64,000 nucleotides of DNA from an uncultured Methanomicrobiaceae archaeon (GCA_963826525.1 CAWGXH010000005.1:1-64000), one strand, 5' to 3'. Positions 11,240-23,298 are shown, numbered from the stretch's first letter. Numbers and translations: made by a program. Notes: a model not told the origin generated them from the letters alone.

Positions 11240-12106
11240 GAGATCGTCACATCCTGCACCATATGCCACGCTCCGGGCGCGTACTTCTTGATCCGGCGGG
11301 CGGCGATCGTTCCGGCGAGCCCTGCGTCCTCAAGCGCTCTGCCGGATCGCCTCCTCGGCCGCACCGATGCTGTGGACGTGCAGCACGCTCCCCGGCCTGA
11401 CGTGGGCGAGGGGGGCAGCGAGCATCGTCGGTGCGTCGAAGTGCCCCATAATCACCCGGTCGTAGCAGCCGGAGAGCAGCCTTCGCGAATCCCCGCATTC
11501 CGCACGCACCCGCCCCTCGACGTGGTTTGCAATACTATTGCTTTGTAGGTATTCAAAGGCTGTCCGGTTCAGCTCCATCGCGTGGACAAAGCCGCCGCTC
11601 GCCGCGACCGGGATGGTGAAGTAGCCGATCCCGGCGAACATATCCGCGACCCGCTCGCCTGGGCGAGTCAGTGCCGCCATTCTGGCTTTTTCGACGCGGT
11701 TTCCCTGCGCAAACATCACCTTTGTCGGATCGAGCCGGAAGGTGTAGCCCTGTTCCCGGTGCACCGTCTCGCCGGCGGTGCCGTAGAGCACCTCGACCTC
11801 CGGTACCCGCTTCTCCCCGTGGAGCGCGGCGATCCTGATGACGCTGCGGGGCCGGCAGTGCTCGATGATCGCTGAGACCTCGTCGTCGGTCGCAGGCAAC
11901 CCATGGAGAACGGCGATATCGCCGATCAGGTGGTAGCCCCTGCCGGTGTAGCGCGCCCGCTCCGGAAGGAGCGCATCGGCCGGATACCCGTCCTTCACCG
12001 GCACCCAGGCGATACCCCCTTCGACGTACGGCCTTCGCGACCGGTCGACCCATGCGGCGCCCTCAAGGCTCGGCAGCGCTTCGAGCGGTACCTTCCGTGC
12101 GTTCAT
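11236..12106 (-). CDS. Met-10+/Taw2-Trm5 family tRNA-modifying SAM-dependent transferase
   Basis: [31 protein letters not shown]; shifted C-terminus [14 protein letters not shown]. Confidence 0.82.
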
Positions 12107-12110
12107 GCAT

Positions 12111-13154
12111 CTATCCGACGATGATCAGGTTCTCCTGCTCCTCGTCCCGCACGACCCGGATGGGAACGCCCTCTGCAACAGTGAGCCAGGGGACGGCGTT
12201 CATCTCCCGTGTCGCGTAGGTCTTCGGGTCGAGGAGCCCGATCGTGTTCCCCTGCGTGAAGGCGACGATCGCCGACTCGGCATCGCGGATATTTCCTATC
12301 CGGCGGGTGATATCCGCCTCGCGAAGCGTCTTCGGAATCCCGGTGGCAAGGTCGAAGACGGTAAGGTGCTGGGTGTCGACACCCCGTATCTCGTAGTAGC
12401 GCTTCCCCGAGACGACGATGTCGCCCTTCTGGTAGAACGGGAGCCTGATCGAGTAGGTGATCCGGTACAGCGTCCTGCCGTCCTTCTCGCCGACGAGTTT
12501 CGGGTGGGTGGTATACCTCCCGCCGAGCGCCCCGGTGATCATCTGGGAGATATACTGCCCGATCCGCTGCGTTCCGACGACGATATCGACGCCGTCGCGG
12601 GTCTCGTCGATGCTGGTGACGAACGAGAGCCGCTCGCCGCCTTCCTGCAGCGAATCCTCCGCCTGGGTGGCGATGCTGGTGGCGACCTCCCGCTCGTAGG
12701 CGTTGATCTTCCGGTCGGTTGCCCTGACCTGGATGACGCCCTCATAGTAGCCGCCGCTGATCCTGCTGCACCGGTCGCACTGCTCGCGCTGCCAGACGAT
12801 CTCCACCTGGCAGGCGCCGCTCACCGGGAGCCCGTAGAGCGTCGCGTCGATCCCGACGGCGACGTTCGTCCTGTTCGGGGTGGGTTCGTCGGAACGGATG
12901 GTGATCGAAACGTCCCTGACGTCCTGGTGGAGGTGAACCGCCGAGATGGCGAGCTCGCTGATCAGCTCGGGGCGTTCGACGTGCAGGTCGGACCAGGTCT
13001 TGCCGCGTTTCTGGGAGTCGCAGGTCGGGCAGTATATTGTCGTTACCCGGGGCTCGCAGACGAGCCACTCGGTATCGGCCACCCGGCACCGGGGGCAGAG
13101 CCCCTCTTCGGCCGGTTCTCCGCAACGCGGACAGAATGTTTTCTGGATATGCAT
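12111..13154 (-). CDS. nmd3: NMD3 family ribosome biogenesis protein
   Basis: FCPRCG, LCPRC, CPTC and CDRCSRISGGYYEGVIQVR zinc knuckles. Confidence 0.92.
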   Translation of the reverse strand: MHIQKTFCPRCGEPAEEGLCPRCRVADTEWLVCEPRVTTIYCPTCDSQKRGKTWSDLHVERPELISELAISAVHLHQDVRDVSITIRSDEPTPNRTNVAVGIDATLYGLPVSGACQVEIVWQREQCDRCSRISGGYYEGVIQVRATDRKINAYEREVATSIATQAEDSLQEGGERLSFVTSIDETRDGVDIVVGTQRIGQYISQMITGALGGRYTTHPKLVGEKDGRTLYRITYSIRLPFYQKGDIVVSGKRYYEIRGVDTQHLTVFDLATGIPKTLREADITRRIGNIRDAESAIVAFTQGNTIGLLDPKTYATREMNAVPWLTVAEGVPIRVVRDEEQENLIIVG

Positions 13155-13158
13155 ATCG

Positions 13159-13452
13159 TTAGATCCTGACTAGCTGGGCGTGGGGAACATCGCCGATCAT
13201 GATGCAGTTCTCGAGGGCGATCAGACCCATGTCGATGGCGATAGCAACGACACGCTTCCCTATAATATTGACGTTTGCCGCTCCCTTGAGAGCACGCCTG
13301 ACTTCCTCTTCGGTGGCGGTCTCTGACCCGTAAAACCCTCTGGTGATGCAGACATTTGCATCGCCCCGGCGAAGGGTTGTGTCGAGCAATTCACGGTCGC
13401 AGACTGCCACCACGTCTCCGGAACCCGAAATGTGGTGCACTTTTAAATACAT
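13159..13452 (-). CDS. DUF424 family protein
   Basis: VVAVCDRELL...FYG...ANVNIIGKRVV...IGDVPHAQ. Confidence 0.88.
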   Translation of the reverse strand: MYLKVHHISGSGDVVAVCDRELLDTTLRRGDANVCITRGFYGSETATEEEVRRALKGAANVNIIGKRVVAIAIDMGLIALENCIMIGDVPHAQLVRI

Positions 13453-13498
13453 CGCAGATCCGTTTGGCGGGATTGGTGAAAAAGGTGAGCCGTCCCGA

Positions 13499-14329
13499 TC
13501 ACGGCAGGTCGATCGTCACCCCGTAGGTCCGTGCAGGGGTGTCGCGGTGTATCCGCCAGGCGTCCTCTTCCGTTATCAGCCCTTCCTGCAGGTAGCGGAG
13601 GGTGAACCGGGGCACCGATTTTGGCCCTATGACGGCGCCCGGACGGCTGACTTCGTCCATGTAGTCGCTCTCCATCGTGAACGCCCGCCCTTCCCTCGCG
13701 AGTTCCGGGATAGCCTCGTGCTTCGCGATGAACGACGGCACGAGCGGCGTATCGGGGGTGGCGAAGTGCTTCACGACGCGGGTGAGCGGGATTCCGGCAC
13801 GGTTCGCCATCTCCACGACGTCGGCGCAGGGGCCGCTCTCGGCGTGCAGCTGGACGGCGCAGCCGAGCTCCGCGCCGAGGGAGAGGGCGTGCGCAAGGAC
13901 GCCGTTCGACGCCTCCCAGACCTCCGGCGCCACCTCGTAGTGCGGCCTTCCGCTCTTGAGGGCGACGGCACGGCCTTCGCGGACGTACTCCGCCGCGGTA
14001 TCGAGCCCTGCCTGCATCACCTCGGCCGCGCCGGTTACCCCGAGCCGGTCGGCCATGCGGGTGAGCTCCGCCGGGTGCACGCCGAGCACCGGGAAGACCA
14101 CGATGCCGGTCTCCCGCACGAGCTCCGCAGTCCGGAGGGTCGCTTCGTAGACCTCCCGGTAATCCTCGCCCGACGAGGGTTCGACGCCGTGCGACCAGGA
14201 GGGCTTCGTGACGAGGAAGATATGGGTGCCGCCCGAACGCTTGAAGTCCTTCGCCGCCTCGAGCCCCCGGCCGTTGACGGGGTCGATGTGGATATGATCG
14301 TCAGTGATCGGGATTGCCGGCGGTTTCAT
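13499..14329 (-). CDS. TatD-related metal-dependent hydrolase
   Basis: DDHIH, GVHPAE, GRPHY, QLHAE, KHFA, MESDYMD. Confidence 0.88.
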   Translation of the reverse strand: MKPPAIPITDDHIHIDPVNGRGLEAAKDFKRSGGTHIFLVTKPSWSHGVEPSSGEDYREVYEATLRTAELVRETGIVVFPVLGVHPAELTRMADRLGVTGAAEVMQAGLDTAAEYVREGRAVALKSGRPHYEVAPEVWEASNGVLAHALSLGAELGCAVQLHAESGPCADVVEMANRAGIPLTRVVKHFATPDTPLVPSFIAKHEAIPELAREGRAFTMESDYMDEVSRPGAVIGPKSVPRFTLRYLQEGLITEEDAWRIHRDTPARTYGVTIDLP

Positions 14330-14654
14330 GGATCTCGGTGATTGCCATCAGGGGGTAGTCGTCTTCGAGCCGGAGGGTCGCCCTGCAGGAGGCCGTGCCG
14401 ACCTGTGTCCGTATCTCGGCGTCGAACATCTTTCCGGCGAGTTCGGAGTAGCCGAAGCTGTTCGAGACCATCAGGTCGCGGCTGAGCCGCACGGTAATCT
14501 CCTTCACGAACGGCTGCAGCCCGACGGCCTGCTCGATAGCGGTCTCGACGCTGCCGGCGGTCTCCCGGGCTATCGGCGTTCCCACGAACTGGTGGTAGAG
14601 CGCCCCGAGTTTGATTCCGGCTTCGAAGGCCGCTTTTTCGCGGTCGGTGATCAT
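14301..14654 (-). CDS. mptD: Archaeal dihydroneopterin aldolase
   Basis: REKAAFEAGIKLGALYHQFVGTP...GYSEL...YPLM. Confidence 0.88.
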   Translation of the reverse strand: MITDREKAAFEAGIKLGALYHQFVGTPIARETAGSVETAIEQAVGLQPFVKEITVRLSRDLMVSNSFGYSELAGKMFDAEIRTQVGTASCRATLRLEDDYPLMAITEIHETAGNPDH

Positions 14655-14959
14655 GGATACAGGTACGCACCTTCCAACTAAATAGTATTGGGGATGGGGT
14701 CAGGGGGATTTTCCGGAACGGATTTTTGTATTCGCCCGTCCGCGGCACCGCACGACCGCAGTCACTTTTGCCCGCTCACCGCACTGCATGAACCGGGATA
14801 ACTGCCGGTATGTCCGTAGAGCGTCATGTTCCTCGAGGTGAACCGATTGAGCCGGATTCGAGGCCGTAGCCCGTCGTTACGTCGACCCAGGAGAGGGTAA
14901 TCTCCAGAGGAACGGTGCTGGCCATCGTGATGGAGGACTGCCCCTTCCCGCGTGCCCTC

Positions 14960-15103
14960 TGACGGAGAGAACCGGCAGTTCCCTCTCGGAGGTCCTCAAG
15001 GAAGTCTGGCCCGAACCCCGCATTGGCCGATGCGGTCGAGGAGGCCTCACGTGAGATGCGAAAGGCTTCGATGCGCGAGGTCGACTTCGATGCCGACGCT
15101 TGA
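14960..15103 (+). pseudogene. Probable C-terminal remnant of a VapB-type antitoxin
   Basis: SLSEVLKE...ALADAVEEASREMRKASMREVDF stop overlaps the PIN gene start; no clear 5' end. Confidence 0.4.
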
Positions 15104-15483
15104 TACGTCCCTGCTTGTCGACCTGATCCGGCACGACCCGGAGGCGATGAGAACACTCGAGGCGATGGAGCAGGACGGGCTGCCCCTTGCGACCACGTCG
15201 ATCAACATCCTCGAGCTCTACCGCGGAGCGTTCCTCTCGGCATCGTTGCAGGAGAATCTCCGGGAAGTCGAAGCGATCACGCGAGCGCTGATCGAGCTCT
15301 GCGATAACCGACGAGACCTACCGGATCTTCGGCACGCTCGCTGCCGATCTCCGGGGGAGCGGCAGACCGATCGGGGATTTCGACGAGCTGATCGCCGCGA
15401 TCACGCTCGGAAGCGACGGCGAGATCGTCACGCGGGACCGCCACTTCGCCCGCGTTCCGGGGTTGAAGGTCAGGACGTATTAG
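15090..15483 (+). CDS. vapC: PIN-domain VapC toxin, frameshift near 15300
   Basis: LDTSLLVD, NILELYRG, then IGDFDELIAAI...IVTRDRHFARVPGL. Confidence 0.88.
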
Positions 15484-15794
15484 GCGTTCTCCCCGTTTAG
15501 GTTCAGCAACGCTTAAATATCAGCAATCCGGGGCGGTTCCTGCCGAATTTCGACCCTCACAGAAGCCCACAGACAGCCGATCTCGGGACCGGGCAGGGGA
15601 TAACATCCTTTGAAAATTACTCGCGCTCATATGGCTGTTATAGGTCTGCAATTCTGCCGTATTTCTAAAATCAGGCTGATTTACTCCGGTTAATTCTGGT
15701 GTTAAGATCCCTCCTTTGGAGCATCCGGTAAAATCAAAAAATGGCGTCAATCTGGCCTTTTTTCAGAACGAAGAGAGGGTGGATTCCCCTCTCC

Positions 15795-17917
15795 CTACCC
15801 GATGACCTTCAGGAACCCGTGCCGGGGCTCGAGCACCTCGCCGCCGCGGCGGAGCTGCTCGATAGCGGCCTCGATCTTCTCGCGGCTGTTGCCCTGCTTG
15901 ACGAGCGTATCGAAGACATCCTCGGTGCGGGTCATGCCGCCGTCGCCGGCGGCGCTTCTGATGATCTCCTTGACCGTCCGGATGATATCGCGCTGCGACT
16001 TCGAGACGCCCGTGACGATCTTATCGATATCGAAACTCCCGCTCTCGGCGTCGTAGGCCACCTGCCGGAGGCACGTATCCACGATCCGCAGTATCCGGTC
16101 GGTGTCGGTGGTGTCGACGGTGTTCGAAAGCCGCATCCGTGCGCTCGCCTCGGCGAGGCGGACGAGCGCCTCGAGCCTGCCGGGCGGTGACCGGAACCGG
16201 CTTGTTCCCGCTCGCAAGGTTCCGGAGTTTCATATAGTACTGGATCAGCGCATCCTTCGCGCCTTCCGAGAGGATGGGGAAACAGGTGCGCTTTGAGAAG
16301 GCGATGTACTTCCGGAGGAGCACCGGGTCGATATCGGGGATGACCGGCGCGAGCGCCCGCTGGATATACGCCTCGTCGACGTCGGGGATCGGATTGTAGG
16401 CGTGCTGCTTAATGAGCTCGCCGACCGCGTGCGTCTTGACGATGTGGTTCGCGATCGCCCCGTCGCGTTGGGGTTCGGGCTGATCGGCCATCACGAAGAT
16501 GAGGTCGAACCGGGAGAGGAGCGAGGGCGGCATATTGATCTGCTCGGCGATCGGGACGAACTGGTCGAACCGGCCGAGCTTCGGGTTCGCCGCACCGAGG
16601 AGGGCGCACCGCGACTTCAGCGTCGCCGTGATCCCGGCTTTTGCCACGCTGATAGATTGTTGTTCCATCGCCTCGTGCAGAGCGCTCCGGTCCTCCTTCG
16701 CCATCTTGTCCATCTCGTCGACGGCTGCGACACCCATGTCCGCAAGGACGAGCGCTCCTGCCTCGAGCGTCCAGCGGCCGTCGCCGAACTCGTCCTTCAC
16801 GGCCGTTGCGGTCAGACCGGCGGAGGTGGACGACTTGCCGCTCGTGTAGATCCCGCGGGGCGAGAAGCTTGACGACGTAGCGCAGGATCTGGGACTTCGC
16901 GATACCCGGGTCGCCCACGAGCAGGAGGTGGATATCGCCGCGGAGGCGGGAACCGTCCGGCATCTCCTTTGCGATCCCGCCGAAGAGCTGGAGAGCAATC
17001 GCCTCCTTCACATCGTCGGTGCCGTAGATCGTCGGGGCGATGGAGCGGGAGATCTTCTTGTAGATCGAACCGTCGCGGGCGAGCGACCGGATCGCCTCCT
17101 CGTCCTCTTCGGAGATATCGACCTCCTCGAACTCCTTCTCCGCCACCTCGATCGAGTTGCACTCGACGTAGATATCAAAGAGCGTGCTCTTCTGCCCGTA
17201 GTTGACCCGCTGGATCGAGCGGAGGATCCCGTTGACCACGACGCGGTCGCCGGGGGCGACCATCCCGGTCATATCGTCGGTGGCGTCGATATCGAGCGTC
17301 TGCGGCTGCTCACCGCCGCGGAGACCCTCCGGCGACTCCTGGATACGGATCTTCTGGGCGTCCACGAACCGGCACCGGTTCAGGACGAGATCCATCTTGG
17401 TCTTGCGTTCGCAGTGCGGGCAGAAATCCGGCTCCTCGAACCGTGAGTAGTTCTGCGGGATCGGGTCGGTGTTCTTTCCGCAGGCTTTGCACCGGAAGAC
17501 CGCATCCACGAGCCGCGGCCGGACCTCGGTGGTCTTCCGGAGGATCCCCTCGATACTGACGAAGGCGTTGATCTGGTCCGCCCGGATATCGCGGGCGTTC
17601 ACTTTCTGGGGAAGGTTGACGAACCGGACGTTGATCTCCGTCGGCTCCCGCCCGTCTTTCAGTTTGATGAGCCGGTTCTGGATGATGGCGTCTTTGATAT
17701 CCGAGATGACCTTGCCGGGAACCCGCAGGAGCTCGAACGCCAGCTTGTTGTTCAGGATCTTGCGGTAGTCGATGTAGAGCGACCGCTTGTGCGGGTACTC
17801 GCGGGCGAGTTCGGCGAGCTCCCGCTTGTACTGTTTCTTCAGAAACTTCGTCCACTCGCTGACGACATCGGTGACTTCTACCTCTACTTCTTCGGGCACG
17901 GCTTCTTCCTCATACAT
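15795..17917 (-). CDS. mcm: MCM replicative helicase, two frameshifts
   Basis: CKAC/CPHC zinc finger, [38 protein letters not shown]-terminal wHTH. Confidence 0.96.
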
Positions 17918-18880
17918 ACTTCCGGGCGGAGAGGACAAACCGGGCGATCATCGCTTCCAGCTGGATCTCGCTGCTTGCCCCTTCGCTCAGTCGAAAATCG
18001 GTCTCTCCGAGAGCATCGATCAGCTCGACTTTGAGCGTTCTGTTCATATCACGCTTGATCAGCGTGCGGTAACACTGGTTGATGAGCTCGTTCGGCGCGA
18101 TGCCGCGGCCCCGGATGAGATCCTCGAGCGACCGCTCGGCACCGTCGAAGTCTCCCGCGACGGCAAGGTCGAGGAGTTCGTTTATCTCTTCGGGGCGTGC
18201 CGTCGAGGTGATCGCGTAGATCATCCCTTCGTCGATCGTGGGAGAGACGATCGCCGCCCCCTGCAGCGCGTTGATCGCCTTTCGCATATCTCCCTGCGCG
18301 ACGTAGACGATGGCGTCGAGCCCGCTCCTCCGTGACGGTGAGCCCTTCGGCCGCCGCTATCCGCTGCACCTCCTCGACAATAGCGTCGCGGTCGAGCGGC
18401 CTGAACCGGTAGATGGCGCACCGGCTCTGGATCGGGTCGATGATCTTCGAGGAGTAGTTGCAGGAGAGGACGAACCGGCAGGTATGCGCATACGTCTCCA
18501 TCGTCCTGCCGCAGCGCCGCCTGCGCATCGGTCGTCAGTGCGTCCGCCTCGTCGAGGAAGAGTATCTTGAACGTGGCGCCGGCGAGCGGGGAGGTGCGGG
18601 CGAACTGCTTTATCTGGTTCCGGACGACGTCGATCCCGCGCTCGTCCGAAGCGTTCATCTCCCGGAAGTTCATGTGCCAGTTCTCGCCGAAGAACTCACG
18701 GGCGAGAGCCACCGCCGCCGTGGTCTTCCCGATACCTGCGCTTCCGGTGAAGAGGAGGTGCGGAAGGCTGCCGCTCTTCACGTACGATTGAAGGCGGACC
18801 ACGATGTCTTTCTGCCCCACGATGTCGTCGAGTTTCCGCGGCCTGTACTTCTCAATCCAGATCGTGTGGTTCCCTTCCAT
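17910..18880 (-). CDS. rfcS: Replication factor C small subunit, frameshifted
   Basis: [44 protein letters not shown]. Confidence 0.95.
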
Positions 18881-18997
18881 TTGCTCTAGAGTTGGGTCCC
18901 GGGCATCGTAAAGGCATCGCCGGAGCGGGAAAGTGCTGACGGGATGATCCCTTTTAGAGGTCCGCGGACAGATATATATGCAGAGTTATCTGTGGAA

Positions 18998-19828
18998 ATG
19001 CCGGGGGTGCGCGTGGAACCAAAGGTCGCACCCCGGCAGCACGGAGGCATCCGGATGGAGTCGGCAGCACGGGTCTTTGCCCGGGATTTCAATGCATCGC
19101 GCTACACGGCGGACGGAGACGAGGCGGGGAGCCCCTGCTATGTCGTGACACCGGGAGGCGCCTGGTGCCGCCGGCTCTTCATCGTCGGTGCGCTGACCGA
19201 ACGAAAGGGCTCCGGCGACGTCATGCACGCCCGCCTAGCCGATCCCACCGGGGCGTTCTCCCTCACGATCGAGCGGCGGAGCCCCGACGTCGCCGCCACG
19301 CTCGGCTACATCGAGCCGCCCGCCTTCGTCGCCGTGACGGGGCGGGCATCCCTCGCCGGCAGCAGGTCACGGCCACGGGCGCTCGTCACCGCCGAAGCGC
19401 TCACGGTCGTCGACCGCACGGTCAGGGACCTCTGGGTCCTGAGGACGGCCGAGCGGACGCTCGAGCGCCTCGAGGCGGTGCAGGCAGTCCTCCGGGGCAC
19501 CGGCCGGGACGCCCGGATCGGGGCTGCAGTCCAGCTCTACGGCAGCGGCACGGATCTGGTCGCCGAGCAGGCTGCGATGGTTCGGGCGGCGCTCGGGAGC
19601 GTCCGGCCGGATCTCGCGGTCGACTCTGTCGTGCCCCGCAGCGCTGGCGAGATCGTCGCGGAGATCCTCGAGGCGGGGAACGGCCCCCGGGGATTCGCCC
19701 GGAGCGACGTGGTGGCCGGTGCCGTGATGGCCGGCCTGTCGGCATCCTCGGCCGGCGAGGCGATAGACGCCCTCCTCGCCGCGGGAGAGTGCTACTCGCC
19801 CTCCGCCGGGATGATACGGCTCATCTGA
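18998..19828 (+). CDS. RPA-family / RPA-associated OB-fold protein with C-terminal wHTH
   Basis: AARVFARDF, VVTPGGAWCRRLFIVGALTE, ARLADPTGAF, PPAFVAVTG, GECYSP; start may be 19055. Confidence 0.78.
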   Translation: MPGVRVEPKVAPRQHGGIRMESAARVFARDFNASRYTADGDEAGSPCYVVTPGGAWCRRLFIVGALTERKGSGDVMHARLADPTGAFSLTIERRSPDVAATLGYIEPPAFVAVTGRASLAGSRSRPRALVTAEALTVVDRTVRDLWVLRTAERTLERLEAVQAVLRGTGRDARIGAAVQLYGSGTDLVAEQAAMVRAALGSVRPDLAVDSVVPRSAGEIVAEILEAGNGPRGFARSDVVAGAVMAGLSASSAGEAIDALLAAGECYSPSAGMIRLI

Positions 19829-19840
19829 TACAAAAAAATC

Positions 19841-20602
19841 ATGCAACTCCACTTCATAGAATCAGGCCCCGCGCTCCTCGTCGAGGATACCCGCCGGGTC
19901 CTCGTGGTCGCCGATCTCCACATCGGGATCGAGTCCGGCCTTGCACGCCACGGGGTGCACGTCTCGAGCCGGAGCAGCCGCCGGGTGGAGCGGGTGCTCG
20001 CCTGCATCCGCGAGACCGACCCCGACCTCCTGCTCCTCCTCGGGGACGTCAAACACAACGTGCCCGTCACCAGCAGGCAGGAGTTCGCCGAGCTCCCCGG
20101 GGTGCTCGAGCGCTTCCGCAAGGCCGTGCCCCTCGCCGTCGTGCCGGGAAACCACGACGGCGGGATCGACCGGTTCCTCGAGCCGGGAGAACTCCTCCCC
20201 GCGGATGGAACGGTCATCGACAATGTCGGCTACCTCCACGGGCATACCCACCCGGCCGTCGACCTCCTCGGCCGCCTGGTCGTCCTCGGCCACCTCCACC
20301 CGGTCGTCTCGCTCCGGGACGAGGTCGGGTGCTCTGCCCGTGCACGGCCGGCGTACTGCTACGCCGGACTCGACGAGGAGTGCCTGCTCGGGAAGGAGCG
20401 GTGCCCGGAGCGAGCCGCAACACGGCTGCTCTTCGTCCCCGCGTTCAACGAGTTCTCGGGCGGTATCGATATTCTCCGGATACGGGCAAGCGGTCTTGGG
20501 CCGCTCTCCCGGTGCATGAACGAAACAACCGCAGAGGTATACCTGGCAGATGGAACCTATCTCGGAACCCCGGCCTCCCTCAGTCCCGATGACGGCGCTT
20601 GA
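19841..20602 (+). CDS. Calcineurin-like metallophosphoesterase (Lhr-associated)
   Basis: ADLHIG, LGDVKH, GNHD, HGH, GHLHP. Confidence 0.9.
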   Translation: MQLHFIESGPALLVEDTRRVLVVADLHIGIESGLARHGVHVSSRSSRRVERVLACIRETDPDLLLLLGDVKHNVPVTSRQEFAELPGVLERFRKAVPLAVVPGNHDGGIDRFLEPGELLPADGTVIDNVGYLHGHTHPAVDLLGRLVVLGHLHPVVSLRDEVGCSARARPAYCYAGLDEECLLGKERCPERAATRLLFVPAFNEFSGGIDILRIRASGLGPLSRCMNETTAEVYLADGTYLGTPASLSPDDGA

Positions 20603-23281
20603 CCTGCTCGATGCGAAGATCCGGGAGGTCGTCGAGCGGCGGGGCTTTTCCAGCCTCTCGGAGGCGCAGGAGCAGGCGATCCCGCTCCTTCTCGATAACC
20701 ATAACCTCGTCCTTATCGCGCCGACGGGGACCGGGAAGACCGAGAGCGCGATGCTGCCGGTCTTTTCGAGGCTGCTCTCGACTGTCGGTGAGGGGTTCAA
20801 GGCGATCTATGTCACGCCGCTCCGCTCCCTCAACCGCGATATCCTCGCGAGGATGGAGTGGTGGTGCAGAGGAGCTCGGGCTCTCGGTCGGGGTGCGCCA
20901 CGGGGACACACCGCAGAACGAACGGCGGAAGCAGGCGCTCTCGCCACCCGATCTTCTGATCACGACCCCGGAGACCCTGCAGGCGCTCTTCATGGGCTCA
21001 AGGCTCCGGGGCCACCTCAGGAACGTCCGCTACGTCATCGTCGACGAGGTCCACGAGCTCGCGGACAGCAAGCGCGGAGCCCAACTCTCGGTGGCGCTCG
21101 AACGGCTCGCCGCCCATGCCGGTGAATTCCAGCGGATCGGCCTCTCCGCGACCGTCGGGAACCCCGCCGCGATCGGCCGGTTCCTCGTCGGCGCCCGGCC
21201 GTTCTCCCTCGTCGAGGTGCCGGTCGCCTCCCACCTCGATATCTCCGTGCGGTTTATCGGCGACGACTTCTCGAAGCAGGCGGACTCGGTCGGCACCTGC
21301 CTCGACCGCCTCGGTTCGACCCTGGTCTTCGTCAACACCCGGGTGACCGCCGAAGCCCTCGGCCACCACCTCTTCACCCGGGGCGACGTCGAGGTGCACC
21401 ACGGCTCGCTCTCGAAGGACGTCCGGGTCGATGCCGAAGACCGGTTCCGCCGGGGCGCCATCCGCACGCTCATCAGCACCTCGTCGATGGAGCTCGGGAT
21501 CGATATCGGGCATATCGAGCACGTCCTCCAGTTCGGCTCGCCGCGGCAGGTCTCACGGCTCGTCCAGCGGGTCGGCCGGGCGGGGCACCGCCTCGATACG
21601 ATCTCGCACGGCACCGTCCTCGCGACGGGGTTTGACGACCTGCTCGAGTCGCTGGTCATCGCCCGCCGCGCCCGGGCGAACGAGTGCGAGGATATCCGGC
21701 CGCCGCTGAACGCCGCCGACGTCATGGCGAACCAGGTGGCGGCGATCGCGGTCGAGTACGGGGAGATCGAGCTCTCCCGGGTAGCGAAGATCCTCGCCGG
21801 GTCGGGCTGCTTCGCCGACTGCGCCGAGCTCCTCGAGTCGGTCTGCACCCAGATGGCGGAGCACCGGCTGATCCGGCGGGACGGCACCCGGATCATCAGG
21901 ACGGCACGGGCACGCCGCTACCTCACCGAGAACCTCTCGATGATCCACGACGAGCGGAAAGTCGAGATCTTCGATATCGTATCACGCCGGACGGTCGGGA
22001 CGCTCGACGAGTCGTTCGTGATCGGGTGGGTGCATACCGGCGCCGTCTTCATCACGAAGGGCCAGCTCTGGCGGGTGCTCGATATGGAGAGCGGGAAGAT
22101 ATCGGTCGAGCCGGCGACGAAGGCGCGAGGAGAGGTTCCGTCCTGGGAGGGCGAGCAGATCCCGGTTCCGTTCCCCGTGGCGGCCGAGGCCGGGGCTCTC
22201 CGGAGAACCCGGGAGTTCTCCCGCTACGCCGCCGACCCGCGTGCCGTCCGGTACGCCGCCGAGTTCCTTGCCCGGGTGGACGCCGGGCATTTCCCGGTGC
22301 CGTCGGACACCCTCGTCACCCTCGAGAATACCTCGGAGGGCGTGGTCTGCAACATCTGCGGGGGGCATAAGGCGAACGAGGCCCTTGCCCGCGCACTCTC
22401 CGTCCTGATCTCGGCCCGGTACGGGACGAGCGTCGGGATCGAGGTCGGCGCCTACCGGATCCTGCTCCGGCTGCCGTCGGCCGTCCGTGCCCTCGAGGTG
22501 CAGGAGATGCTCGCCGGGCTCGATCCCGCGCACGTCGGCGGCGTTCTGAAGCTCGCGCTGAAGCGGACGGCGCTGTTCAAGTGGAAACTGGTGCAGGTCG
22601 CGAAGAAGTTCGGCGCCATCGACGCCGACGCCGATTACGAGCGGATAAGCATCCACCGGCTCATCGACCTCTTCGACGATACGGTCGTGGCGGCGGAGGC
22701 ATACCGGGAGCTCTTCAGCGACTACATGGACGTGGACGCGCGCAGCATCGATCCTCGCCGCGATCCACGACGGCCGGATTGCCGTGACGGTCGGCGGCCT
22801 GAGCCCCCTCGGGAGCGAGGGCCTCTCGTCGTCGCGGGATATGATCGCCCCGCTGACGATCGACCAGGCGGTGATCGGCACCCTGATGCGCCGCCTCGAA
22901 AAAGAGGACGTCATCCTCTTCTGCATGCACTGCCGGAAGTGGAAGAGCCGGACGACGGTCGAGCGGGTGCCGGATAAGCCGCAGTGCCCGCTCTGCGGCG
23001 CCCGGCTGATAGCGGCCTTAAAGCCCTGGGACGAGCCGATGATCGCCGCCGCGAAGAAGCAGAAGAAGAGCGAGGAAGAGCGGGCGGCCGAGGTGCGGCT
23101 GCTCCGGAACGCGAACATCGTGCTCTCGAGCGGGAAGAAGGCGGTCGTGGCCCTCGCGGCGAAGGGCGTCGGGCCGGAGGTCGCCTCGCGCATCCTCGCG
23201 ACGCTCGCCGAAGGAGACGCCTATTACCGGGAGATCCTGAAGGCCGAGCGGAACTACGTCAAAACGCACCGCTACTGGTGA
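20589..23281 (+). CDS. lhr: Lhr-like SF2 DEAD/DEAH helicase with C-terminal zinc finger, frameshifted
   Basis: APTGTGKT, TTPETL, DEVHE, SAT, HHGSL, QRVGRAGH, CMHC...CPLC. Confidence 0.92.
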
Positions 23282-23298
23282 GAAAAGTATCGAAGGGA

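Noticed and set aside
15795-23281. Inteins or programmed frameshifting in mcm, rfcS or lhr
   Set aside because: Reconstructed lengths are normal, no intein motifs are seen, and breaks lack common slippery sequences
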